Assembly (NCBI RefSeq): GCF_009914755.1
Contig: NC_060947.1
Direction: 5' to 3' (one strand)
Source of the DNA: the human T2T-CHM13v2.0 reference genome, Homo sapiens
Length of the DNA: 64,000 nucleotides
The translations under genes were made by a program, and so were the position numbers. This document shows, one piece after another, positions 1-18,568 of the stretch. The stretch's first letter is position 1; each line of letters opens with the position of its first letter. A model generated the notes under the pieces. That model did not search any database. It was not told where the DNA came from and saw nothing but the letters and a program-made list of their open reading frames with translations.

Positions 1-121
1 CTCAGAAGCAGAGCAAACTATTTCAAGACAACTTTGTGACATAAACCTTTGCTGCCCAGCTAACACAGTGCACATTCTTTAGTAATCTTTTTCTCACTTG
101 AATCAACCTCACCTGCTATAA

Positions 122-298
<177 letters not shown>

Positions 299-1161
299 TA
301 ATTATTCTTTTAAAACACTCTACATACCTTTAATTTTTCTTCAAACGCCTTTCTCACCTAAATAAAGCCAAGTTAAATGTGTCACTTCCTCCCTAGAACA
401 GTAGTTGGCTCCAGTGGATTATGAATGAAAGTGCTTCTCTCTCCATTCTAGTCACTATGATCCTTCAGAGTTTTGTTCTTTTTCCTATTCCACAGGAACT
501 GGCATATTCTCTTCTAATAACCACATGCTGATTTCAAAGTGAGTCCAGGAAAAAATATGTATGTGAAAACCAATTCACTTTTAGGAGCCACTGTAAAGTT
601 ATTCATCAAGAAAAGCTGCCCTGTCAAGAAAGCTGTGGTCTTGCCCATCCTAAGCAAATATGTTTAAGTGAAATAATGCACATTCAACTACAATGGGGTA
701 CATTTCCGGGTACGTTTCCGTCTACATTTATGTATTTTTAAAGGGGACACTCCTATCAGATATGCATTTAATAAGAGCCATGGGTTGAACTGAATAGTAA
801 GCAAGACAGTAAACACATCAGACCCACAGCTGAGCAGTTATTTTTGGTTACAGACCCAGGACTCCAGAAGCAACTTACCTCCACATCGGCCCCGAAAAGT
901 TCCATTACTTTCTAGCACTCTTAACATTCGAGGGTGCCTCAGCTTTTGACAGCAGAGTCAAAGGAAAGGAAATCCCTTCCATTTCTGAAGTTTTCATCTT
1001 ACTTGAAAGGGCCACACTGTTATCCCCCAGAAAGCTAACAGGCATCCGGGGTGATGCCACGTTCAGAGTAAAAACAGGAACGAAGCGCAGAGACGCCGAA
1101 TCTCAACTAATGAGAGACTGAAAAAGGAAAGAAGACGGACAAAAGCAAGAGACAGACCTCA

Positions 1162-2528
<1,367 letters not shown>

Positions 2529-3984
2529 ACTAGGCTAGAGTAGCAAGACAAAACTGGGCGCCTTCTTTGAAGTTTGTATTTCATCTTGGTCGCTTCGGAG
2601 TTCTCATTATGAATGTTTCAATCCCAAAGGCTGGGGCATTTGAGCACATCATGTTTAATGCATTAAAACGGTGAAATACCCCATACAGGAACTTTTTTCC
2701 CAGCTTTGATTTTTGTATTGTTTTCTTCGAGTATACAGGAGTAAAAAGTCAAAGAACCACACCAGGTTAAGGCAAGGAAGGGGCACGCCCCTCCTGCCAT
2801 GCGTGCATAGTAAAAGCTCAATACATATCTTGAGGTCATTAACTAGTTAATATTAGGATAAACGCTCTGTGAGAATTTAATTAGGCTTTTTATCTCCCCC
2901 TTCCGTCCCTTCTTTTCCCATGTTTGTCCTCTTCTGCTTTTTTCCCAAGGGCGTTGTGGAGGGTCTCCTATGTGTCCTGAAACCTGGAAATAGATGGATG
3001 AATAAGATAGACATGGTCCTAGACCCCTTGTAGCTTACAATTCAGTAGGAAAAAACAGAAAATGAACAATTACACAAGCTAGTTGCCTTTCTTGTGCTCA
3101 GCTGTTTGAAATAATTCTGCCTTTCCCAAAGTGTTGACTCTTGAAGACTAAAGAGGTCACGTCTCCCAGGAGTATTTGACTTTTGATAGGGACTGTGCAA
3201 GACATAAAGGAGTAAGTGGCTCATAGAACAGTTTCTGATACTTTGTGGGGAGAGTAACTACTCCACTTACTTGAAAGGCCAGTTTGGAGGCATTTTTTTT
3301 TCCTCAGAAGTGTTAAATGTCACCATGATTGGGAAGCAGATATTAAATACCCTGCCCCTCCACCCTTACTTGATGTAGTCTGGGAAAGAACCTTAGTTTG
3401 CCAACATGATTGCCAGGACTGACACATCCACATAGTTCAAGGACAGTATGGCCATCGTCCCCCTTTGATGCTGCCAAAACAGGTTTATTTTTAATAATAA
3501 TAATAATGATAAAAGTCCACTTTTAGGCAGGGAGCTTGATATGTTAAAGGAGGAAAAGGCATCAAAGAAGCAACAGGAATGTTGAGTTTCTCCTTGAGAC
3601 TTCCTTCCTCATCCCTCAACCATAACAGACATTAGAGGTGATTTTTGTCCCCTCAGACAAGGAAACATAAAATAAAGCCTTTACCAGCAGAAATGAAGCC
3701 TTATTCCACTTCATTCCTCCACACCTCACTCACCCTTGTCATGAATCTAGAGGCAACTCTATTAATTCTGACTCTGATTATTCTTCGAAACACTCCAGCC
3801 TAGAGGTAGCACCAGCAACAACAACAGGGATCTGCTAACTGGCTTCAAAATAGAACTGTGTGTAAACACGTCTCCAAGAAAACGAGCTCTTCCACTTTTT
3901 CCCAGTTGTGTCATCTGTCTATTGCCCCAAAATGCTGTATGAAAAGCAATCACAAAATCTAATAGCATATGGCAGTAAATTTAA

Positions 3985-4310
3985 TGTTTATGCATCTAGG
4001 ATCTTGGCTGGGCTCATTCAGGTGTCTGGAGGTTGGTTGGGTCTTGCTTGGGGAGACTGAGGTGACTGGCCTCTGGCCCATATGTCTCTTCTCTTTTAGC
4101 TGGCCAACCCCAGCATGCTTGCACGGCAATGGCAGAGGGGCTAAAGCAAAAGCAGAGACATGCAAGACTTCTGAGGGTCTAGTCTCAGGACCACACACTC
4201 TTTTCTGCCTTAGTCTATTGGCAAATCACATGAGGAAATATAAGGTGTTTTTGTTGAACTTCAAATTTGCATGACAAAGGGTATGGATACAGGGTAGGGT
4301 GAAGCGTTAG
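3985..4310 (-). mobile_element. Old MaLR (MLT1-type) LTR
   Basis: Degenerate MLT1-like motifs (ggctgggctca...ggcagagg...ttctgccttagtctattggc...aatcacatg). Confidence 0.5.
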
Positions 4311-4329
4311 GGTTCTTTGAAACCCCACC

Positions 4330-4560
4330 TCTAATTGTCCTATACTTAATTTGCATGCAGTGTTATTTATTTTAATATCACTACTCCACTAGAATATACT
4401 CTCCATGAGGGTAGGGCTTTTTCTTGCATTTATTTACTGATATGCAAGATCCTAGAATAGTCTCTATTCTACCACTACTACTGCTACTGCTATTGCTACT
4501 ACTACCACTACTCCCTGTAGTAGATATTTACTGAAAGTTTATGAAATAATGAATGAATTA
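4330..4560 (+). mobile_element. L2 3' end fragment with (TAC/TGC)n tract
   Basis: ctccactagaatatactctccatgagggtaggg... and terminal aatgaatgaat typical of L2; trinucleotide tract about 4470-4515. Confidence 0.6.
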
Positions 4561-4814
4561 CCATGAGAGTGCCATGAGAGACTTAAGGTACCCTAAAGTA
4601 TAGAACACAGAGTGAGGCCTTTTTTGAAACCTTAGCCTGACATGTCTAATCTCCTCCTATATTCTTGGACCCTTTTCCTCTTGTGAGCACAAGAATGTAA
4701 ACATTCTGCAGTTTTTGCTCTTGTCTGTTTCTCTACAAGATATGGTGACCTCTATACTTTACCTTGAATTCAGGGCCTTCACACATTCTACTTTTGCTAA
4801 CTAACCCTGTGCTT

Positions 4815-5349
4815 ATATTTTTCAAATATGGCCACGACAATATCTCCTATGCCACATGTTCCTCTACAATCCATGTGACCTTGACATTCCTCTCATCAGG
4901 AGGCAGGTACATGTAACCTCTTCTGAATTCTGGGTGGGCTGATACTTCATTTGTAACAAATAGAATGTGATGGAAATAACACTGTATGGCATCCAAGGCT
5001 AAATTACAAAAAGTAATGCAGCTTCCATCTTAAATGTTGCAGCACTCACATTTGGCACCTTGGGCTGCCTTGTAAGAATCTGACTACCCTGAAGCTGCCT
5101 TATCGGGAGGAAGCCCAGACAACATGAAGAGGTCACCTGGAAGTGCTTGGATTGACAACCCGAGGACAGCATCAACTGACAGCTATGTGAGTGAACCACT
5201 TTAGAAATATCCACCCCAGTCAAGCCTTCAGATTACCGCCATCCCAGACCCTTCCAGAATTCCTGACCCAAAAAATTACAAACAAAAATATAGTTGTTAT
5301 AAGCCTCGAAGTTTTAGGATAATGTGTTATGGAGCAAGGTAACTGGAAT
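4815..5349 (+). mobile_element. MLT1F/G-type MaLR LTR
   Basis: atggccac...catgtgaccttgac...ccagaattcctgaccc...aagcc..gttttaggataatgtgttatggagca..gtaactggaa MaLR terminus. Confidence 0.7.
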
Positions 5350-6119
5350 GTCCTGCTAGCTTCCCATAATCCAATGCTCTGGAAGTCCCCTCTAATCAAC
5401 AGTCTACACTCAACAGGGCAATGAGCAGTTAGGAAGATAAATATTTTAGAGAACTCTGGAAGACAGAGAAGTATGCAGGCACCCAAAACATTGTGTTCTG
5501 AAATAACAATTCCAGTTGGATTCTTTAAAAGTAGTGATGACCCCACAAGAAATATGCAGTCTATACAAAATCTTGCCAAGGCCATTTATTTTACCATTAT
5601 CTGCAAGATTTGTCCTGATAGTCACAGAATTTCTAGCAGCATTTGCTGACAGGCAGCTCCCAACACATGTTTCTGTGATCTTGCTGAATTGCTCAGTTCC
5701 CAGTTCTTCTCAGTATGTCCTTATTATGCAGATTATGCAAAACTATGGATGGAAGAGAGTATTATTGGGTTCATCAAGGAAATCGCATAAAAATTATGCA
5801 ACACTATCCAGAAAAGAGAGTATTAAAATCAGGGTTTCTCTTATGCAAATTATTGCTCTCTATGGGTGAATATGAAAAAAATCAGTAATTGTATAACTGT
5901 CAAACCTTACCAATTAAGGTTTAATACATTTTATGGGATAATGCATCTTAGAAATGCTTTCAAAAGGTTTTCCAAAGTTTTGCTCAAAGGGTGCATCCTA
6001 GAAATGCTTGAGATAACTGAATAGTGCTTTGTTCATTCCTTATAGCATATCCTCTGTGGAGACTCATCCCTATTTTATTAGATTAACAACATAATTGGAA
6101 ACTTTTCCCTAATTCTGCT

Positions 6120-6425
6120 CTTTCCTTTGCAGTTTTCTCTCCTTGGAATACTCTTCAAAAAATTACCTCACGGCTTGCCTTTTCACCACTCTCTCAATGA
6201 GGTTTTCTCCAACTTATTATTTTAAAGTTACTGCCCTTCTGCCAATCATTAGTATCTAACAACTATATATTTTACTTACTTATTTTGTTTCCCATCTATC
6301 TCTCTCCACTAAAATTTAATCCCCATAAGAACAGGAAATTTTGTCTGTGTTGTTTCCTCTTGTATCCTCAGCATCTAGATCAATGCCTGACACATGATAT
6401 ATACTCAGTAGATACTTATTGATGT
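6120..6425 (+). mobile_element. L2a 3' fragment
   Basis: ctccactaaaatttaatccccataagaacagg...gtatcctcagcatctag..caatgcctgacacatg..actcagtagatacttattga. Confidence 0.7.
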
Positions 6426-7599
6426 CTGTGATGCTCTTCATAATGTCAAAATTTTCTATCAATCCATGGCTGAGTTTTGCTGTCTGCTTTCCTGACCAGT
6501 TGCTTGATTATACACCTCTGCCACAAGCAGCCACAAAAATGTGCATTCTAACATAGGATTTTATTCTCTTTATTGTCTTTTTTCCTTCTACTTCCAGTTT
6601 TATCAATTTATAGTACTTTGTTAGCCATTATAGGCTAATCATGATTGCCAATACACGTGTAATCCCAGAATTAAAAGCCACCTGAAATGAGCAAGCAAAG
6701 TGGTACTTGCCACTCCATCTGAAGGAGGGGCAGCCGAGTTTGATTGGGTCACATTGGCCAAGAACAAGCAATGGTGCACACCCCAGCTTATTGGATGTGA
6801 AGAAAGTATAGGTCAATTATACCTTTTGGTATTACAATGTGTGTGTATGGATGAGTGATTTGAATGAAATATAATAAAACATTGCTGTATGGGACACTGC
6901 TAAAACAAGTATTCCTCCCTTGTAAACTAATGCATCTGTGTAAGATACATTAAATTGGCAAGTGGGGATATAGGTGTTCCTTTAGGTAGAGTAAATTATT
7001 TAACTGGAAATGTTTAACAGCTTCCTACATGTGGTCATTTCTAAGGTTTTCGCCAGCAGTCAGAAGGGTAGGAGGAAAAGAGTGATTATAAATTCCTATG
7101 GTGGTATAGTTCAATGGCTATTAAATAACCTAATAATAGCTTAGTGTTGATAATGCATTAACACATCTGCTTTTTGTCTTATGGTACACTAACATTTTTC
7201 ACTTGTACATTCACAGTTCTCCTTATCTTAAGAAGTTCCAATGTCAAAAACATATGGTAGAAGTAATTCTCGTATACAATTTTTAGACATCTGCATGAAT
7301 GCAAGAGGTGGTAGTTAAAAGAGCAGATATCTTCCAAATAATTCATATTGATTTTGACTCTGGAACGGCCATGGTCGCACTTAGCCAGCTGTTCTCAATC
7401 TGAGATGACTGCTTAACAGGACTTGACCCAGCATTCTCATGAGATACAGTAAGGGGCGATAACCAGAAAAACACAGGGTCTCAGTCCATAATCCAAAAGG
7501 TAGACAAACCAATTACCAAATGATTAAACAGAGCTAACTACTTTGGGCTGGCAAGGATTAACAGAATCATGGAGCTGGAAGTCATCTCCAAGAGATCAT

Positions 7600-8070
7600 C
7601 TCTTTATGCCTTTCCTTTAACAATAAGGAAACCAAGGTCCATGGAAATCATACAACAGGCAATCCCTGAAAGGTTCTGAAGAGGAGAGTCGTGGGATCAT
7701 ATCTGTGCTTTAGAATGATGAGTTTTCTTGAAAATTAGAGAACGTATTTGAAAGGAGGACGATATGTCAGAGCAGTAAGTAGAATAATCAAGAAACGAGG
7801 AAATCTGTACTAGGGCAATAACAGGAAGGGTGGCGAGACTTGGAAGAAGTCAAGAGATCTGAAGCGAGCAGGTTTACAGGGTTTTATGAGCAACTGGATG
7901 TGGGAGTAAAGGAGGATAAAAGTCAAAGATTATGGCTGGTTTCTGCTCTGGACAATTGGGCCAACAAAGGTACTATCCACCGTGCCAAAGAATATATGCA
8001 GTGGAATATCTATTCCACTTTATGGGGCATAAAGATGAAGGAAAATAGCTAATTCAGTTTTAAAACTTGA
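7600..8070 (-). mobile_element. L2 fragment
   Basis: Purine-rich L2 antisense motifs (caactggatgtgggagtaaaggagg..agtcaaagat..ggtttctg). Confidence 0.5.
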
Positions 8071-8259
8071 GTGTGGCTTTACAGTCTCATGATGTAAAAA
8101 GAGAAACAATAAGGCAATAAACTGTTAACAATATGTCCCGAAGATTAAAAATTCAGTACAACTGATTAAAGAAGGTTGATAGAGGTGAGCTTTGGAAATT
8201 GGTTAATATAGGGATAGTACAGAGAAAGGCATGTAGCTGAACTTCAGAATGAGGAAGCT

Positions 8260-8960
8260 TGACCACCCAGCATTCATTGCCTTCTACTATCAGCAACATC
8301 TTGAGTTTATTTTGAGAAACCACCATTCCCTGTTTCTGGAACATGTGATTTAAAAGAAACTATACCATTTCCATGTCCCCAAGGGGGAGCATATATCCCA
8401 GGTCTGCCCAAGGAGAAGCAATCCTGAGCTTTCTTGGCTAAAACCATTGGGAAAGCTAAGATTCCTAATGTAGAAGGATTAAACCTACAGCTACTGCTGG
8501 CTCTCTTATGACTGCAAGGTGAAAGCATGCTGAGGATTAAACCACACAGAGGAAAGCAGAACTGAGTAATAAAAAAAGTATGACATGCTATAACAAGATG
8601 TCTTAGAATAAAAAAGAAAAAATAATAAACCAATAAAACAAAAATTATAATAAAAAAGGAAAAAAGTATGACAAAAAGTGTGACCCAATGACATTATTAA
8701 AATGCCTGCATCTGGCCTTCCCTGAAAGACTATTCAATTATGGAACCCAGTACATTCCTTCTTTTACTTAAATGGGGGTCTGTCACTTGCAAAAGAAGGA
8801 GACCTGGAATAATTCAGCGTTATTTAACCTTCCTAAGCCTTGGTTCTCTCATCTGTAAATTGGTAAAGACAATGGAATCTTTCTCGAAGGTTGGTTAGGA
8901 TAATGCCTATAAAGGGATTAACTTGATGTCTAGCTCTGAATAAATGTTAACATTTGTCCA
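8260..8960. mobile_element. Old MLT1-type LTR followed by MIR
   Basis: MaLR-like end (ctgtcacttgcaaaag) near 8790; MIR core ttatttaaccttcctaagccttggttctctcatctgtaaat near 8820-8860. Confidence 0.5.
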
Positions 8961-10679
8961 AAATCATTATTATTCTGTATGTAGTTGCTTTGAGAAGTGG
9001 ATTATCACTGCCTGCTTATCGCCTAACCTCTTGCATCTTCCTCTTTTTCTAAGTTGGTTCTCCTTAGAAAAGAGTCATAGGTTTTTGGTTTGTTTGTTTG
9101 TTTTGCTTATTCTTTCTCAATGATTCCTAAATAAAATGTGTTCCATTTACAAGCCTAGCGATTTTTTTTAGGGTGACAAATTCAACTTCTAAGGTGAGAA
9201 AAGAAATCATCTTGTGTTTTTCAGCTTTTATGTGATCACCAGTAATAAAGATTCAAGTTGACAAATTGTGTTGCTGATGCATGAGACAGAATAAAGTTAA
9301 TCTTTTCAAGGCTATCTGGTTCTGCAGCAGAAAGAGTAAACAGGAAAGTAAAAACATGTGACAGAAAGCTATGTGGGTGAGCAGATCTGCAAAGAGAGGA
9401 TAAGCAGAAAACATCTGAGGGGGGACTCTTAGTTGTTTTCAATCTTTTAAGTTCCATAGAAGTTTCCCACAGTTGATCTTTACCAAGCTCTCACAACTTT
9501 GGGGGAAAAAACCTCTGCAAGATGTCCTTGGATATTTAGTTATTAGAGCTCCTTCTGGAAAGACTGAACAAGAAATTTGCTTTATTTTTGGCTAGAAGGT
9601 ATACAAACCAAACTTAGTTGAGAAATAAAATGAGTGTCTTCAGCTTCTAATTTTATTTTCTCTTTCAATTAAGATGTTCCAGAAAATTATTAATAGTATA
9701 TTTCTGTGTGCCATCCAAATGGGTGGCTTACTCATATTTACTTGAAATTCACAATTAGAACCTCCACATAACTCAATCTCCAGGCCACCACTACTCAGTA
9801 AAATTGGTTTTTATTTAGTTAGTGACTTTCAACACTCCCCCCCTCCTTTCTTGGCCAAGAAACTGCACAGTTGGATTTTGAGTTTTGCATGAGACATACA
9901 AAATTTGAATTCAGATAGAGTACTAGTGATGCAGAAGTGGTAAGTAGGTAAGTACATATAAATGGTGAATGTAAAGGCATTCAAAAGATCTAGTCTTTTA
10001 AAAAAGGGAACCTGGAGATAAGTCAATGAAATAGAACATCATAACAGTGTAATAGGCTCCTGCTTCCAGAAAAATGTCATGGAAAAGTAAAGAGATTTAT
10101 TTTGTACCAATATTTATTTTTAAAACTGAGGTCTATTATTTCCTCTAATGGTTTTATTTCATTTCCCAAATGATTAAATATAAATAAAGTGAGACCATTT
10201 ATTTAATACAAGCTGACTCTGGTTTCTGATGCAGGCTAAGTATACAACCCAAAAAAAAGAGATGTGGAGTGTGAGGCTAGCTAACAGGTTACTATCCAGA
10301 CATCTCCTCTGTTTTTCCCAATTAGCCAAAACAGCATGAGGCCCATTATTTTCCTGTCCATAAAACCAAAAATAAAGAGGAGGATTTTCTTTCCTGGGAA
10401 TTATATTTGTATATATTCTCATTATTATTTTAAAGTTCCTCTTTTTCATAAAATATTTGGGAGAAGAAAAATGCACTGAACCTTAGATTTATGTACTCCT
10501 AGATTTGTAAAGCTTTAAAGTATCATCTAATATTATCTACCACTCAAACCAGGGATCTCTTTGTATCCATTAGGATTAGCTTTAGTTGCATCAAAAATAA
10601 AAATAGAAAAAAATTGTAAGCACAATAGAAGTTTATTTCTCTCTCCTATTAAAAAAGCCCAAGATACAGAGAGTGACAT

Positions 10680-13646
10680 CATAAAGTAGCAGAATGGGAA
10701 GCATTAGATCCTCCTTCCCGCCATGGAGACAGATTTGGCAATAAAACATGGAACAACTCCCTCTGTGAGAAATCCAGAAACCAGTTAAGGGGCTCCTGCA
10801 CTCCAGAGAAGTGCAAAGGCACTCCAGGCCTATATGAAAATTCATGGCACTCATGCTATAATCTCTCCCCCAATAGAGTGCCATATGCTTGAGAGAAAAC
10901 TCCCAGCTTCTAGTTTCTGGCTTCTCCCTGGGGAAGGAAATAAAAGACTGGACTGTACTTCCAATGTTTTTACTTTCCAGGGGGCTGGATGAGGAACTGG
11001 CTTTTGCCCACCTGTCTGGGAGCACTAACAGGGGCAAGCACATTCTAGATACCTGGGGGACCGTGACAACAAAAAAGAGCTGTGCATCACGCTGCTGCTA
11101 CCCAGGAATCATGGTACGGCAGACAGAGGTCAATAGAGTTTGGCAGTTTCTTATTCAGGGAGAAATAGAAGAGTAGAGCATGTGTTCAACATCTGGCTTT
11201 TCATGGAGCTGCCTGAGGTACTGGTTTCTGTCTATCTTGATGTGGGGAGCTGACAGAACCCAGCATACTTTAGATACCTGGGGTTCCACTGCAAGTAAAA
11301 AAAGGGCTAGACTGTATGGTCATGTTTCTGCTTCAGATGACCCATGGTGAAACAAAAAGACACAGAAGGAGCAAGAGATTACAAGCTCCTTAAAACAAGA
11401 AACTGGCAAATCCCTCTAATTAGGAATCTGCACACATGTCTAGAGAAGACACATTCACAGAAAAGACTTGAGAGGCCCCCAGAATCTCTAGCCAGGCTTA
11501 TAGGTTAAGATCTTTCCATGTATAAAGCTAATCCTTAGAGACTGGGAGAGGTGGCTGATTTTTCAAATACCCAGATACCAACACAAAATCACAAAAATTA
11601 CAAGACACAGGGGAAAATGGCCCAGTGGGGAAAATAAAATAAAACTCCAGAAATTGAACTTAAAGAAACAAAGAGATATGAATTACCTAAAAATGAGTTA
11701 AAAATACCTGTCATGAAGATTTTTAATGAGTGTAGAAAAATGATGCATGAACAGAATGACAATTTCAAAATAGAGATAAATTTTTTTAAAAAAAGAACAA
11801 AGCAGAAATTTTTGAAGCTTAAAGATGCAATAACTACAGTGATAAAAGAAATCACTGGAAGGGCTCAACAGCTGACTTGATCAGGGAGAAAAAAGAATCA
11901 GTACACTCAAAAATATGTAATCTGAAATTATGCAATAAGGAACAAAAAGAAAAATGTATGAAAAAGAATGAACAAAATCTAAGGGTCTTATGGGACACTA
12001 TCAAACAGACCACTGTATGCATTATGGAAGTTGCAGAGGGAAAAGAGAAAAAGAAAAGGAAAAACAGTTTCTTTAAAAATTAATGGCCCCAAACTTCCCA
12101 AATCTGGGGAAGAAAAAAGACATCCAGATTCTAGAAGCCAATGGAGCTCAAAAAAGATGAATCCAAAGAAATCCATGTAAGATACATTATAATTAAATTG
12201 TCAAAGTCAAACACAGAGAATTTTGAAAGCAAGAGAAAAGCAATTTGTGCCACACAAGAGAACCTCAGTAAGACTCAGAGGATTTTTCAGTAGAAACCTT
12301 GCTGACCAGGAGTGGGATGATATATGTACAAAGTGCTGAATGGGAAAAAAAAAAAAAAAAAAAAAAAAAACTTGCTGACCAAAATACTATACTTAGCAAA
12401 ACATTTCTTTAAAAATGAAGGAGAGCTAAAGACGTTCCAAAATAAACAAAATAAAAGTGGAGAGAGTTCATCCCCACCACACCTGCCTTACAAGAAATGC
12501 TAAATGGAGTCATTAAAGTTGAAATGAAAAATGCCAAGCAGCAAAATGAAAGCATATAAAAGTATAAAGCTGTCTGGTACAGGTGACTATACATAAATAC
12601 AGAATACTGTAATACTGTATTGGTGGTGCACAAATCACTTTTAATTTTTGTATGGAAGTTAGAAGACAGAAGTATAAAAATAACTACAACTATAAAATAC
12701 GTTAATAAATTAAAAATGTTTGAACAAAACAAGATTCAGTTATATGCATTCTACAAGAGATCTACTTTATATTTAAAGACACACACAGGCTGAAAGTGAA
12801 AGGATGGAGAAAAGATATTTCATACAAATGATTATAAAAAAGAAAACACAACATACCAAAACTTATGGGGTACAGCTAAAGTAATACTAAAAGATGCTAA
12901 AAGAAAAAAATATAGCTGAATTAAATTCAAAAGAGTTCAACAGAGCAAAGAGTGGTTCACGAATTGGGCAGTCTCCTGAGCCAGAGTAGGCTCAGAGATT
13001 CTAGCACAGTCAGGTGGAAGAAGAAGATTTATGGATACGGAAAGGAAACTGACGTACAGAAAACCAAAGTGAGGTACAGAAACAGTCAGATTGGTTACAG
13101 CTCATAGTTTGCCTTGTTTCAACATGATTCAATTGATTGGCTAAAGCTTGGTGATCGGCACCAAAGTAGGCTATGGTCTGTATACAACTCCATTTTGGTT
13201 ATACTTCACAATGTACAGAGAAACCTTTAGGCTGAACTTAAAATATATAAGGAGGCAGCTTTAGGATAAACTTGAGTTAACAGAGATAAGTTGATAACAA
13301 TACATGCCTGCATTAAAACTGAAGAAATATCTCAAATAAACAATCTCAGTCTATACCTAAAGGGATTAGAAAAAGGACAAACTAAGCCCAAAGTTAACAG
13401 AAAGAAGGAAAGAACAAAGATTAGACCAGGAATACATAAAATAGAGAATAAAAACAATAGAAAAAATAAATGAAAAAAGATTTGGTGTTTTTAAAAGATC
13501 AAGAAAATTGGCAAACCTTTAGACTAAGTAAAAAAAAAAGACACAAGATACAAATAAATAAAATCAGAAAACGATGAGATGGTGTTACAACTGACGCCAT
13601 GGAAATAAAAGGATTACAAGAGACTACTGTGAGCAATTATATACCA
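10680..13646 (+). mobile_element. Old L1M element: 5'UTR, ORF1 and start of ORF2, interrupted
   Basis: ORF1-like peptides (EQNLRVLWDTIKQTTVCIMEVAEG), endonuclease-region peptides (QINNLSLYLKGLEKGQTKPK), A-rich sense strand; ends abruptly at 13646. Confidence 0.8.
12895..13282 (-). mobile_element. MER57-type ERV1 solo LTR inserted in L1
   Basis: Reverse strand begins TGTTAACTCAAGTTTATCCTAAAGCTGCCTCCTTATATATTTTAAGTTCAGCCTAAAGG; TG...CA termini; flanks aaga/gaga resemble a 4-bp TSD. Confidence 0.75.
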
Positions 13647-16030
<2,384 letters not shown>

Positions 16031-16361
16031 TGAGACAGCCAGGTGGGAAGGGGCCCCCCAGGAAAACACCAACCAGCCTGCACACTGGGGTGGAGACATA
16101 GGAATTTGCGCCCTTTGCAGCAGTGAGGAGCCTGGCCCCACCTCTCCCTGTGTGGAAACTGGGATTCAAACAGCATGAGGTGGTAAGTGCACCGGCAGGA
16201 ACTCTGGCCTTGCGGAGATTCCCCATTCTCCCTTTTTCCCTTTTCACTCAATAAAACCCTGCTTTGCTCACCGTTCAAACTATCTGGGAGCCTAAATTTT
16301 CGTGGCCATGGGACAGACAAGGAGCTAGTCTTTAGCTGAACTAAGGACAAGTCCTGCAACA
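16031..16361 (+). mobile_element. MER61-type 3' LTR
   Basis: TGAGACAGCCAGGTGGGAAGGGG...AATAAA (about 16250)...GTCCTGCAACA with TG...CA termini. Confidence 0.8.
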
Positions 16362-18568
16362 CTGAGAGCAGCTACTGGTGGCAGAGCATATGACTGTGTT
16401 GTATGTGCAGGTATTGTAACATTGCTTAGCATTCCGAAGACCTTAAATCACTGTCAAGGACTAAAAACTCCAATGATGACTGGAAATATCTGTTCCACAT
16501 CCAAAATAATCTATTTAGAATTGCTTCCCTAGTTCACCAGGTCTCTATCAAATATCAGTGTTTTTAGTTCCTTCCAAATCATCACTTTGGCCTCTAATCT
16601 AATGTATTCCTGAATTATGCTGTAGAGAAAAATGCAATTTCCATTATGTCGGTCTCCCTCCTTAAGTTTTTCTTCCTCACATCAAACATCTCTAACATTT
16701 AGAAAAAGACAATAGTTTGTAAATGAATCCAGGTGCACAATTGTCCAACTCATGAAAATAACTTCCTAAATCATTATTCATTGATAAATATATTGACCAA
16801 ATCAATGTAAGTATTTCAGTTGATCAGTTTGTCTACAGAGATTGTGGCTACAAAATGAAAAATCACATTCAGCTTATTCATTTGTTATAAATGTAAAAAG
16901 AGCAATGGAAATAGGAATCACGATATTCTATGCAAAACCAGAAGTCTACTTTATTTTTTCCCAGAGACACTGATGGCTGATTTTCCTAGCCATGTTATTA
17001 AATATAATTGGTTAGATTACATTCTAAATTAAACCAGTTCATTGGAGTAAACCTCTGTATGGGACACTTGGCATCATAAAGCTGTTTCACAGCTGGATGA
17101 TGTAGAATAGCCTTCAGACTCTTTGTAAAGGTGTACCGTTAGATCAAATGAACACACAGGTAGTAATATTATATTAGAACTATTTCTGTAAAATCACAAC
17201 TAAATTAACATTTTGTAAAAGGTTCAATAATATCTTAGAAAACTGTGGTGTGTTCACATGTGTATTGAATGCATGCATTTGCGTATACATATTAGGCTTT
17301 GATCACTAATGTTAAAACCAGCTCAACTTTGGACCTTTAGTGAATTGTGGTTTTAACATAGAATTAACAACCTGTATTTCAAAATTGAGGTAAAATGGTA
17401 ACAATCTGTCTGTAAATATACTAATATTGCATATTTTTGCCTGCTCTTCCAATGTTGGACATTAGCCAGGTAAGGTGGACACTACTGAGAACATAGCTTT
17501 GAGCTGGTTATGTGTGTATGTGTACAGCACTCTGCGAATTGGTAATTCTATAAAAGATGGAAATTTTGCATTAGAAGCCAAGAAATAAGATTAAATCAGC
17601 ACTAGTGGACAACTGAGATTATTGATTATTCTACATTATTCATATCCATGATATGAAGTGATTCTGGAATTATTTTGCTAGCTACTAGAAAATAAGCTAA
17701 GACTAATGACAGCTTGTTGAATGCATCTGCAAAATTCCATCAATAGGAAAGCAAGAACAGTCTTTTTTAATTAAATCAGAGAATATGACACAGTAACAGT
17801 TACCTGTCCTCTAAGTTTTATTACTTTAACAACACACAAAATTGCCAAGATTTTAGCCATTTGTGAAGTCCTCTAACTATATACTAGAGAGCGTCATTGA
17901 ACCACCTGAACCACCTTATAAAATAGAGCTGCCTCTGCTCGATTATTTTCTGAATATTGCAATCTATTTATATTTGTGAATTGAAACAATGGACCAGATG
18001 ATAAATATGCATATAAGGAGACAGGAATATTGTCATTTTTTCTGGAATTTATCTATACCAGAAAATAGAATGAATCTTCTAGAAATATGAAAAATACTAG
18101 CCTGACACTGTTTATTCTTACTTTTTGAGAACTCGTGTAAGTCATTTGTTCTATTTTGCCTCAAGTTCTTTATTAATAACAGTAGTGCTGGACTATATCC
18201 TGTATGAAATACTGTGATCAAATTATTATGTATCCAGGGATTTCAGCCTTTGGCTGTGAATCATTATCAATGGGAGGAATTTTGATTCTGCAGGCTCAGG
18301 GTAGAACCTTGGCATATATACTCTTAAGATGGGCCACAAATGATTCTGATATTCAACCAAGGTATGGAATAATTCTTCTATGTTTTTTGATTCAATGAAC
18401 AAAATGGAAATCTTTAAGTCTATATTATTTCTTATGCCTTAACTATATTTTATACTTTGCTGAGAAAAAGTGTCAGTGGGTATAGCAGTGGTAAAATTGC
18501 TGCAGGGAGTATCATTATAAGACAAGATATGAACATTGTTACGGGTAGAAAAATGATCAAAATGAATA

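Noticed and set aside
16400-18400. Repeat-poor AT-rich stretch as a possible conserved element or exon
   Set aside because: No ORF, splice pattern or motif I can support without conservation data.
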